Source: Prorocentrum cordatum (Eukaryota). From it: a DNA stretch of 64,000 bases. The position numbers and the translations under genes are program-made. Of the stretch, positions 1 to 9,100 are shown piece by piece. The stretch covers positions 310,001 to 374,000 of the forward strand of contig CAUYUJ010000003.1 in assembly GCA_963575745.1 (NCBI GenBank). Reading direction: 5' to 3'. The notes beneath the pieces were generated by a model that was not told the DNA's origin, searched no databases, and saw only the letters and a program-made list of their open reading frames with translations. Position 1 is the first letter of the stretch, and the number at the start of each line of letters is the position of its first letter.

Positions 1-2301
1 CTGGTTTTCCCATTGCTGGGTCAGCATCGCCACGATGGCCTTCGGCATGCCCGCCTGCTGCAGCGCGACCGCGGCGCACGCGGGCTGCACTGTGTCGAAG
101 CAGAGAGAAAAATCCCAAGATGTGGCGTATTCGCCCTGTTCCATTGCAACGATAATACTTTGGACAGCGTCGTTCACAGAAGCGCCCCTTTTGGCGCCGA
201 AGGCACGCTCTGGCCACCACCGCCGCTGCCATTGCCTGCTGGCCGCGCTGTGGAGCCGGCTCCCTGCCCACAGCCGATGCCGGCAGCTGCTCACCGAGAT
301 GGGTCGGACAGCTTCGGCCGGCAGTGCCTTGCCCTCGGCCACATCTTCTTTGGGCAATTGCGCTTGGCGCACTCTCTGCCACCCAGATGGGAGGGCGGCC
401 ACTGTCTCGCAGAGATTGAAGAACTCAGCGACAGCCTCTGTGGCAAAGATCGCGTCCGCCACCTCCTCGCCGGTCCACCCGTCAGGGCCTGCGCTGCTTC
501 CACGGATCTTGTCCTGTGCAGTCCGCACGTCTTCCTTCTCGAGCGGCGCCCACGCCTCTTCCTGGTGCCGCGGGCCCCACTCCGCCACCTTGGCTCGCCA
601 TGCCGCTTCGGGAGGCAGCTCCCGGTCCCACACCTTGCGCCAGCGGTTGATCAGAAATCCCAGCGACTCCGGCATGGACTGCGCCGGTGCCTCCTCCCTG
701 TCCTGCTCGTAGATCATGGTGTCTGGCGGGATGTGCCCCTGGAGCCAGCTGTGGGCCTTCCGGCGGGATGTCCTGAGGCTTTCCCGCCACCTCGCGAGCC
801 TCTGCTCCTTGGCCCGGTCCCTCTCGGAGCGCAGCAGGCCCTCGAGCTCCACGATCTTGTCCTGCACAGCGTGGATCTGAGCCAAGGCGGTGTCCCCGGT
901 CTGCACGAGGTACCGCTTCGCCTTCTCTCGGAGTCGCCTTGCCTCTGCCTCCCTGCCGGCGCCGCGCTGTTGCAGGTAGTCGAGGCGCCGTAGCCGAGCG
1001 AGGGCGTTGGCGAGCTGGCGCTCCCGGAAGGTGGCTTCCAGGCAGCTTGCGGCGCGTCCGTGCCGCACCCGCTCGAGCTGGACCTCGTTTTTCTGTAGCT
1101 TTTTGCGACCGTCCGAACCGGCTCTCTCCGGGTCCTCAGCGGCGCAATCCCACTCTGTGTCTGTGAGCATGGCACGAGCTTGGGCCATGCAGGTCTCCAT
1201 GGCGTGGCTGAGTTCCGCCCACTTCTGGTCAACCAGGCGGCGGGCCTCGCAGGACCCTGGTTCGACGCCATCTGCGGCCGCATTCATGCCGCTCTGCACG
1301 CGGTAATAACCCTGCGTGTTGTCCCACAGCTTGCTCGTGATGTCCACCCACTCTTCCTTGCTCGAGGCCGGCGGCATGGCGACCCCGCGGTGCTTCGCCA
1401 AGCGCCACTCCTCTACCTCCTCGCCCTCCATGCGGAAGTCGACAAGCATCTGCACGACGATGTGGTCGCTGATCGCGTCCTCGATCAGCTCGTGGCCCGT
1501 GATCGTCATGGCCCAGCTCACCCCGTAGTCGATGCACCGGTGGCCCCTCCAGCGCGTAGGGAGGTAGTCGCCGTTCTTATCCTTGACCGCTTCAATGCAG
1601 CACCAGGCGCGCGGGGCCAGCACCTGCGTTGGCAACTGGTTCCAATCCCCGATGGCCATCCAGGACGTCAGCCTGTCGACCTGCACAACGTCGCTGATTT
1701 CCCTCATGATGGCCCCCTCGTCGACGCCGGGGACCACGTACGTGTTGAACAGCACCACGCCCTCCACGACCGTCGCCAGGATCTGCCCTTCGGGCCCTCC
1801 CCGGCTCCACAGTTGTTTGGAGCGAAGCTTCCTGCTGACAATGGTCACTACGCCGTGGATCTGCCGCGTGGTGCCCTCCGCCACATTGCCACCCTGGTGG
1901 TGCGCCCTGTAGCCGCGCTTGAACATGGATTTCCTGAAGCTCTTGAAGTCTTTCTCAGACAGTGAGGCTTCCTGGAAGCATGCCACCTCCACATTCCGCT
2001 CAGCTGCCAGCCGGGCGGCCTTCCAAAGTCCAGTGTCTGAGCCGACGTTGACAGTCCAGACGGGGCGTCGCGCGGTTACACCGCCCGGCGCACCACCAGT
2101 TTTCCTCTCCGCGCCCAGCCGTGGCGACGAAGCTCCGCCAGGAGCGCCAGTTTTCCGATCCGCGTCCAGCCGCGGCGACGAGGGGGGCCCCCGAGGGCCC
2201 GAAAAAAACGATTGCCGCTGGCTTCGTCGCGCCGGCCTCCCCTCCTTGCTCCCTCCGCGGGGCAGGGGCCCGTCGGAAGGGAGGGGGGCCGGCTCCGCCT
2301 G
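1..2301 (-). CDS. APE endonuclease plus N-terminal part of the reverse transcriptase of element A (open to the window edge, absent from the ORF track)
   Basis: Manual translation shows no stop in 767 codons. APE motifs (~1440-2065): WTVNVG, CFQE, FNTY, IGDWN, PTRW..CIDY, ISDH. RT motifs (<1-510): SAGPDGW, QLPK..VRPISV, AFGAKRG, WDFSLCFDTV. Confidence 0.9.
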
Positions 2302-3645
2302 TCAAGAGGAGGCGGACGCTGTCGCTTGCGTCTGCGTCAGGGAGCCGTTGGGCAGGTAGCTCCTGCCAGCCGCCCGTTGCCTCCTTCTCCACTCTGTCGC
2401 GGTTTGCCACTTCACACCATGCTCCGCCTCCCGGTGGGCACGGCGAGCCTTGTCGATGATGGACCGAGAGTTGTCGCTCTGGAAGGGGAGGCTCTTCCCG
2501 CAGTCCTGGCACGTCCACGCCATCTTCGGCAGCGGCCCCATGGGGAGCTGCAAGGCTTCACGCCACTCCTCGTCGCTCAGGGCCTTGAGGGTGGGCAGCG
2601 TCCCGTTCTTCTTGTTGAAGAAGCTGCGCGGCTTGTCCGGGTGCTCCCGGTCCACGTGCCTGTTCCGCCTGTAATGCAGCATATTCGGCGTCTTCGCCGA
2701 CGTGCGCCAATCTGGACAGATTGGACAGCGCCACTCGGTGGTCTTTGGGCGCGCCCTGTACTCGCTGAGGGTGCCGCCCTGTCTCTGGTAGTACGACCGC
2801 TTCACATACTTCTTGTGCTCTACCCACTCGGCGCTGCCCCTGACCAGCGGCCTCGGCGCGGCGTGGGGGGCCGAAGGGGGCTCGTCCCAGCCCAGCGGCG
2901 GGCCCGCGAGGGCGGGAGGCGCCGGCGCCGTCTGCTTGCCGCGGAGGCGCCGGCGTTTGCCACCGTGGGCGGCGACGCTCACCGAGTCCCAGCACGACCC
3001 AGTGGCGGCCACGCCTCCTGCTGTGGAGCCGGCGGCTGTGCTGCGGAGCCAGCTGCCCAGGCTCGCCGCCTCCTCCTGCTCTGCCTCATGAGCCTCCTCC
3101 TGCTGCTCTTTGCCTCTCTCCTCCTCGTCCTCCTCCTCGCCTCTTCTTCCCTTATCTTCGTCCTCCTCTTTGTCTTCCTCTTTTCCTTCGGCTTCAGCTT
3201 GTGCCTCTGCCTCCTCCTCCTCAGAGTCGCTGCCTGGCTGCAGCCATCCTGCAACCTCCTCGTCCTCCTCGTCTTCTCCGTGGCCTGCACCTCGGAGCAG
3301 CTGCGTCGCGAAGTCCTCCTCCGGGGGGTCGGCCCACTCCAGCGGCCACTCCTTCTGCCCGTCTTTCAAGTGCAGGGCGACGTAGTGCTCGTCCTTGAGG
3401 GCCACTGGTATTGGCGCACGGCCCATTGCTTTAGACCGCTTCTTCTCTATGGCGGCGTTGCCCGCCCCCTCGGGTGGGCTGATCACCCAGCCCTTCACCC
3501 ATTTGCCTTGGTGCCAGTAGAATACGACAAGGCGTCTTTCAAGCCGCAAGGCCAGCACCGCCGCCGTATGCTCACATGCGTAGCGGCCTTCCCGGGCAGT
3601 TGCGTCCACCCACTCCTGGTAGGTGGCGGGGATGGGCCCGCCTTC
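2302..3645 (-). CDS. Element A middle segment: C-terminal half of the OTU-like protease, acidic linker and two C2H2-like zinc fingers
   Basis: The segment reads EW..EGRYAC..LALRLERRLVVF..LKDEHYVAL (His codon 3385-87). Fingers are CPICPDW-x-HVDREH (2641-2727) and CQDCGK-x-HREAEH (2419-2511). Confidence 0.7.
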   Translation of the reverse strand, partial: EGGPIPATYQEWVDATAREGRYACEHTAAVLALRLERRLVVFYWHQGKWVKGWVISPPEGAGNAAIEKKRSKAMGRAPIPVALKDEHYVALHLKDGQKEWPLEWADPPEEDFATQLLRGAGHGEDEEDEEVAGWLQPGSDSEEEEAEAQAEAEGKEEDKEEDEDKGRRGEEEDEEERGKEQQEEAHEAEQEEAASLGSWLRSTAAGSTAGGVAATGSCWDSVSVAAHGGKRRRLRGKQTAPAPPALAGPPLGWDEPPSAPHAAPRPLVRGSAEWVEHKKYVKRSYYQRQGGTLSEYRARPKTTEWRCPICPDWRTSAKTPNMLHYRRNRHVDREHPDKPRSFFNKKNGTLPTLKALSDEEWREALQLPMGPLPKMAWTCQDCGKSLPFQSDNSRSIIDKARRAHREAEHGVKWQTATEWRRRQRAAGRSYLPNGSLTQTQATASASS

Positions 3646-5682
3646 TCAGCGAACCGACGCGTTGGGATCCGCCACCCAGACGCCCTTGAACAAGCTGTGC
3701 TTGCGGATGAGGCCCGTGGTCTCTGCCCGGATCTTCTTGCCCAGAGACGCGATGTTCTTTTCGATGTCTCCCTTTTTCCGGCCCTCCAGGGCCGCGGCAG
3801 AGGCAGCCGCAGCGCGGTGCAGGCAGTCGCCCTTCCCGCCCAGATCCCAGCCCTGGTAGCCGTAGACGTTGATGCATTTCGTCTTCTTTGCTTGGCCGCC
3901 TTGTTCACCCGGCCTCTTCTCCCCCACTTCAGGTGGAGTGGTCTTGTCCTCTGCCTTCTCCTCTGCCTTCCCTGCTGCCGGCGTCTCCTCCTTCATGGCT
4001 TCGCCCTCTTCCTCCTCCTCCTCCTCCTCAGCTGCTGCTTTCGCCCGCGGCTTCGCTGCGTCCGCCTTGGCCTTGCGCTCCTTTTCCTGCTTGTGGAGGT
4101 CCTGCCTGACGACGCCGGGCCGCGGGTTGATCATCTTCGTGGTCATGCCCTTCTGCTGCCAGGTATCGCGCACCACCGTGATGGTGTGGTTGTGGATCTG
4201 CCACACACTGTAGTCCCGAACTTCAGCGGGAGCTTTCATGCGGAATATCCACCCTTTATTCCTGAAACGGGGACGTATCAAGGATACTTCAGTCCAATCG
4301 TTCTCCGTGAAATACGTGCTCACGTCGTTGGCCCCCCAGCTAGCCGGAGTACCTGTGATTTCCCACGGCGCTGCACGATCTGGCCTGCGAGGCGCGGTGC
4401 CTGGAGGCTCTCGCCACCCAAGCTGCTGTTTGCCCCCGCGGCGGAAAGCCAGGCCATGCTGAGTGCCACCGCGCCGCAGCAGTCTTTCCAAATATTCGAT
4501 GTCTGTCTCACCATCTTCCCAAGGCTTCCAATCGACCGCTGCACGGCCCGCTTGGCAAACAAGCCGCTCGGAAAATATACCTCCAATTCCTGATTGCCTC
4601 AGGAGGTCCAGAACCTTGTCCTCCTGCACCGTCGCGAAGCAGGAGCGGCAGATGTCGTCGCCCGCCTCGTGGAGACGATACCCGTATGTGCGGATGATGC
4701 CGTCCGCCTTCCACAACGAGTGAAGCGATGTAACCGGGCTCGCCCTCCACGCCGAGTCGGTCATGTACTTCTTCACCATGGTGATGCGCATGACCGTCGT
4801 CTCCTTGACAGCCGCGTCCTCCGCCGCCTTCGACCCCTTGGAGGCCTTGACCGTCTCTCCGGCGAGCTCCGGCGGAAGTCCGGCCGCAGCTACCGGGGCA
4901 ACGTGCAGACTCTTGAGCTTATCTCCACGCCCTGCCTGTCCCTCCAAGCGGAGCCACTTGAGCTGGCTCTTGACCCCGTCCACCTCCTTGGCAAAGACCA
5001 CGCCGATCTTGTGAGTGATAGCGTAAGACCTCGCGAGGTCGAGGATCTCGTTTACCTGGCCCGGCTTGGCCACGATAGCCTTCACCTTGTTCGCCGCCTG
5101 CGCCGGGTCCTCGGCATCCAGCAGCGCTTCGAAGGCCTTGGGTCCCAGCAGCACCTGGCCATTGGTCCAAGCCATCCTGCTCAGCCTCGGCGCCTCCTCC
5201 TCCTCGTGCTTTCTTTCCTCCTTTCCTTGACCTCTGCCTCCTCTGGTCTCCTCCTCCTCTGTCTGTCCCTCCTTGCCTCTCCCTTTGCCTCTAGCCCAGC
5301 GCCCGCCTCTTGGCGCTCCTGGCTGCGCTGCTGGTGGCTTCTCCTCCCGCCTCCTGCTGTCGCCTTTCCCTTTGCCCGCGGCCTTGCCTCGGGGCTCCTG
5401 CTGCGCTTGGGCTCCGGCTGGCTGCGCCTGCTTCTGCTTGGCCTGCGCGACCGTCTCGGTCAGCCCATTCACGAGCCTCTCCATGGTCCACTTTGCCTTG
5501 GCCGCGTCGTCCAGCATCTTGCGGAGCCGGGCGATGAGCTCGTCCAGGCCCTCCTGCTTCTGCTGCTGTCTGCGCGTCCTCCACCTCCCCCCCGGCCTCG
5601 CCGGCGTTGTCCCCGCTCCTGCACTACCCGCTTCGGAATAGCTCTGCATGAGGCCGCTCAGCGCCTTGAGGAACGTGTCCAT
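3646..5682 (-). CDS. Element A ORF1/gag-like region (coiled coil, basic tract, RRM-like) ending in the OTU catalytic-Cys loop
   Basis: 678-aa track ORF with an N-terminal heptad region. It ends with GWDLGGKGDCLHRA (Cys codon 3823-25) and lies upstream of APE-RT in the same frame. Confidence 0.7.
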   Translation of the reverse strand: MDTFLKALSGLMQSYSEAGSAGAGTTPARPGGRWRTRRQQQKQEGLDELIARLRKMLDDAAKAKWTMERLVNGLTETVAQAKQKQAQPAGAQAQQEPRGKAAGKGKGDSRRREEKPPAAQPGAPRGGRWARGKGRGKEGQTEEEETRGGRGQGKEERKHEEEEAPRLSRMAWTNGQVLLGPKAFEALLDAEDPAQAANKVKAIVAKPGQVNEILDLARSYAITHKIGVVFAKEVDGVKSQLKWLRLEGQAGRGDKLKSLHVAPVAAAGLPPELAGETVKASKGSKAAEDAAVKETTVMRITMVKKYMTDSAWRASPVTSLHSLWKADGIIRTYGYRLHEAGDDICRSCFATVQEDKVLDLLRQSGIGGIFSERLVCQAGRAAVDWKPWEDGETDIEYLERLLRRGGTQHGLAFRRGGKQQLGWREPPGTAPRRPDRAAPWEITGTPASWGANDVSTYFTENDWTEVSLIRPRFRNKGWIFRMKAPAEVRDYSVWQIHNHTITVVRDTWQQKGMTTKMINPRPGVVRQDLHKQEKERKAKADAAKPRAKAAAEEEEEEEEGEAMKEETPAAGKAEEKAEDKTTPPEVGEKRPGEQGGQAKKTKCINVYGYQGWDLGGKGDCLHRAAAASAAALEGRKKGDIEKNIASLGKKIRAETTGLIRKHSLFKGVWVADPNASVR

Positions 5683-5939
5683 CGAGTTCGACGGCGCTCC
5701 TCCGCCTCGCAGGGCTGGATGCCGCTAAAAATGCTGTACTGGCAGCTCCCTCGTTCCAAAATCCCCGTCTTCTCGAAAGTCACCCGGGCCTGTATGGTGA
5801 TCCTCTCGTTGACGAGCTGGTGAATTATGATGTGTACCTCCTGGCTCCTCCTCGTCGCCGATCTCCTCCGTAACCTTCCCGATGTCCTGGGTGTTCGTGT
5901 CGACGGCCCCGTGGTGGAGGAAAATGTCATTGGCATCCG

Positions 5940-6100
5940 TAGTGTCATTGACCTCAGTCATGTCCTCGGAGCCCGTACCTACGTCCAGCTGGTGGTCGAA
6001 AACGCCATCGACATCCGCAGTGTCATCGACATCTGTCTTGCACTCGGAGCCCGTACCTACGTTCAGCTGGTGGTTGAAAGTGTCATCGACGTCCGCAGCG
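5940..6100. repeat. 78-bp in-frame tandem repeat (about 2 copies, encoding an acidic 26-aa unit) at the 5' end of element A
   Basis: GGAGCCCGTACCTACG occurs at 5968 and 6046. The translation repeats DVDDT..HQL.VGTGSE. Confidence 0.85.
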
Positions 6101-6149
6101 GACGGGCGCGGAGACGAGGAGGAAACGAGAGGGGCGATCGAGGGAGAGA

Positions 6150-9100
6150 GGAGTAGATGGCGGCCTGCGGGCGCGCGCGGGGCGCCGAGCTCGCGGGCGC
6201 CCTGCTGCGCCTGCCGCAGCGCCCTGGCTGCCGCCGCCGGCGGGGCCTCGCCGATGGGGGGCGCCGCTCGCTGCAGAGTGCCCGAGGTGGCCTCTGAGCG
6301 CCACCAGCTCGGCCACGGCTGTCCGCCCAGCCAGCGCGCCATCGGCAGGTGCAGCTCCGCCGCCCCCCAGAGGGCCGCAGCCTCGGCCCGCGCCGCGGCC
6401 GCCCCGGCGAGGCGCGGTTGCGCCCAGACCGAGGCCGACGGCCCGGCTGGTGCGGGTCGCCGACGGACGGGGGCCCGCGCCGCTCGCCGTCGCCCAGGAA
6501 CGCGCCTGGGGGGACCGCAGCAGCTTGGGCAGCAGCGCCCTCTCCAGCCTTCTCATCTCAGTCGGCGGCTCCAGCATCTGCGCCTTGTGTCCCAGGGCGG
6601 AGACGTAGCGCTCGCCGCGGAGCAGGGCCAGCGAGTGCACGTCGGCCTCCGAGCGAGACACCTCGCCCACCCTCTCGCGGAGCTTGGCGAGGGGCACCCG
6701 CCGCTGGGAGGCCAGGTCGGCGCCCGGGCCGGGCAGCGCTCCGAGGTGCTCCAGGGCGTCGCTGACGCGGAAGCCCCGCCAGTCGCTGCAGGCCGCCGAC
6801 TGGCGGCGAGAAGTCTCGGTGCTGAGGTCGTCTGAGAGCGGGGCGCCCCGGGGCGCGGCATGGCGCGTGGTCGGCTTGAGCTGCAGGCTGGCCAGGAGGG
6901 GCGCCATCTTGAAGACGCGGGCGATGGAGTTCAGCGCCTTCGCACCTCTGACCGCGGCGCCCAGGTCGTCAGCGTGCCAGCGCGTGCGGCCGCGCCCTTT
7001 TTGGCGGGGTCGCCCTGCAGGATGCCCGAGCGGACCGCGTGCAGCAGCTGGCGCGACCGAGAGGCGGCGAAGCTTTGGGCGCCGTCGCTCTTGACGCGCA
7101 GCGCAGCCCGGAGGCCAATCGGCGCCTGGGAAGCTCGGAGGGCGGCGAATATCAAGTCGCGCTCGACGCTGGGGAAGGCCTGGCCGAAGTCGAACGCCGG
7201 AGCATCGGGAAGGAGTCCAGGTCTCCGTCACTAGCGCGCATCGCCAGGATGCGCGAGAAGGTGCCGAGCTCCACGATGTCGTCGCAGATGGCGCGGCCGC
7301 GCAGGAAGCTGCGCTGCGTGGCCGCGCAACGCTGCTCGACTGCTGGCTTCGCGCGACGATTGATGGCCCGCGCGACCGCCTTCGTCGAGATGCTTTCCGG
7401 GGCCGCCAGCCGAGTCTCGCTTGAGCGGCGAACCGCCTCGATCGGGCCCTCCAGCCCGGCGCCTTCGGCAGGGGGGGCCGCCGCCGAGAAGTTCCAGGAT
7501 GCGCGCGTCGGGGGGCCGGCGCGCTGCCAGTGCGTGGCCGGCGTCAAAGCGCCACTGCCCGCCAGCCAGGCCTGGGGGGCGAGGCCGTCAGGGCCAGGCA
7601 TGGCCCGACGAGCAGCGCGGAGCGCCTGGGCGACGGCAGCGCGCGTCGGCGGCGGCAGGAGGGCCCAGCCGACGCCCTTGATGCCGTGCCCGTCGAGTAT
7701 TCCATCCGGAGCTGGGGCTTGCGGAGCCCCCGCCGCGGCGCCCCAGGTGCGATGGCAACCGGCACGCCGCTCGCAAAGGCCTGCGCGCGCAGAGGGTCTG
7801 ATGGCCCAGGGTCGGCCGCAGTGGGCGGCCGAGCGAGAAGGCGCCGTCGGCGGGCCGCATGTTCCATCGTCGACTTGGGGTCGTCGCCAATGACCCCCCG
7901 CCAGTAGTCGCCCAGCGCCCTCATCACCTCCAGCTCCGCCTTGGCCACGCCGCCGGGCAATTCGATGGCGCCGAGGAAGCGCCGAGCCGAAGAGGGGGCC
8001 CATGGCGCCGCGCGACGCCGAAGAGCACGGCGCTGGTGGATGAGGGTGGCCTTGGCGCGCCCGCTGGGCCCCCCGTCGGCCTGCCCCTGCCGACGGCGAA
8101 GGCGGGCCTTCATCTCGCGGCGCTGCGCGAGCCGATAGCGACGGGCGAACTCCGCGGGGTCGCGGATGCGCGCGCGGCGGCCCGCCGCCTGGCCCTCGAG
8201 CTCGAGGGCCTGCGCCGCCCAGGGGCGGCGATGGAGGGGGCGCTCCGCCGCCGCGACGTTTTGGCGCCAGGCAGCCCGCCCGGGCTAATTAGCGTCGCCC
8301 CCAAGGGTGGGGCCCCGCGCCGCCGCAGCCGCGCGCTGCAGCAGCTCGGCGTGAACATGGGCGTGGTCGGGGGGCGACAGCTCCTGCAGCTGGACCTGCC
8401 CCTCGCGCGTCCGCGCCAGCTTCGCGGAGCGCGGGTGGTCGAGGATGAACTCGGGGATCGGCGCGACGATGCCCGTGGCTGGGCCCCGATAGCGCGGGCG
8501 AGGAGACCGGGCGACCGACGGCGCGGCGTGGTCGGAGATGTCCTGGGCGCGGAGTTCGCGAGGCTCGCCGTGCACTCGCGCATGTTGCCGCGGCAGGGCA
8601 AGCAGCCAGCGCAGCGCGCCGATCCAGATCTCGTCAACGGTGGTGGCCAGCTGGCGGCCCTGATGCAAATTGGTGGGCTTCCCTTGCGCCGTCTCGCCGG
8701 CGGCGCAAAGGCACTGCTGCCATAAACGCCCTCGAGGGTGAAGAGCAGCGCGAGGACCGCCGCCAAGGGCGAGAGGATCCTCAACCTCGGCATTCTCCCC
8801 GCAGTTGAAGTCCCCCGAGATGATCGCGACGTGCTTGGGCGGGTCGCGCCCCATGCATTGTGGGGCCCGACGAATGGCGGCAGCAACCCGTCGAGCCTGC
8901 TCACGAGAAAGGTCATGGTCGTGCACGTTCCAATGGATGAGAGAGTAGACAGTGTCAGCCCCCGCCTCCACAACGGCACTCGCTCGCAAAACTCTGGCAC
9001 AGACGTAGGCACGGTGGTGCAAAACCACTGCAGGACGAGCTCGGAATGGGAACATCGTGGCCGCCCCACCAAGCGCTTCGTCCCCCGAGTTGTCGAAGCT

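Larger units (their letters stand above)
1..6110 (-). mobile_element. LINE element A: single-frame polyprotein non-LTR retrotransposon (ORF1-like, OTU protease, 2x C2H2, APE, RT); 3' part lies outside the window
   Basis: Track ORFs 5725..6342, 3646..5682 and 2302..3609 and the open segment 1..2301 are all in the same minus-strand frame. They are separated only by single stops (TAG 5725-27, TGA 3646-48, TGA 2302-04). APE and RT motifs lie downstream. The 5' boundary is approximate. Confidence 0.9.

Noticed and set aside
13..5823. Long plus-strand ORFs (326, 261, 793 and 409 aa)
   Set aside because: They are antisense shadows of the element A frame in GC-rich DNA and carry no motifs.
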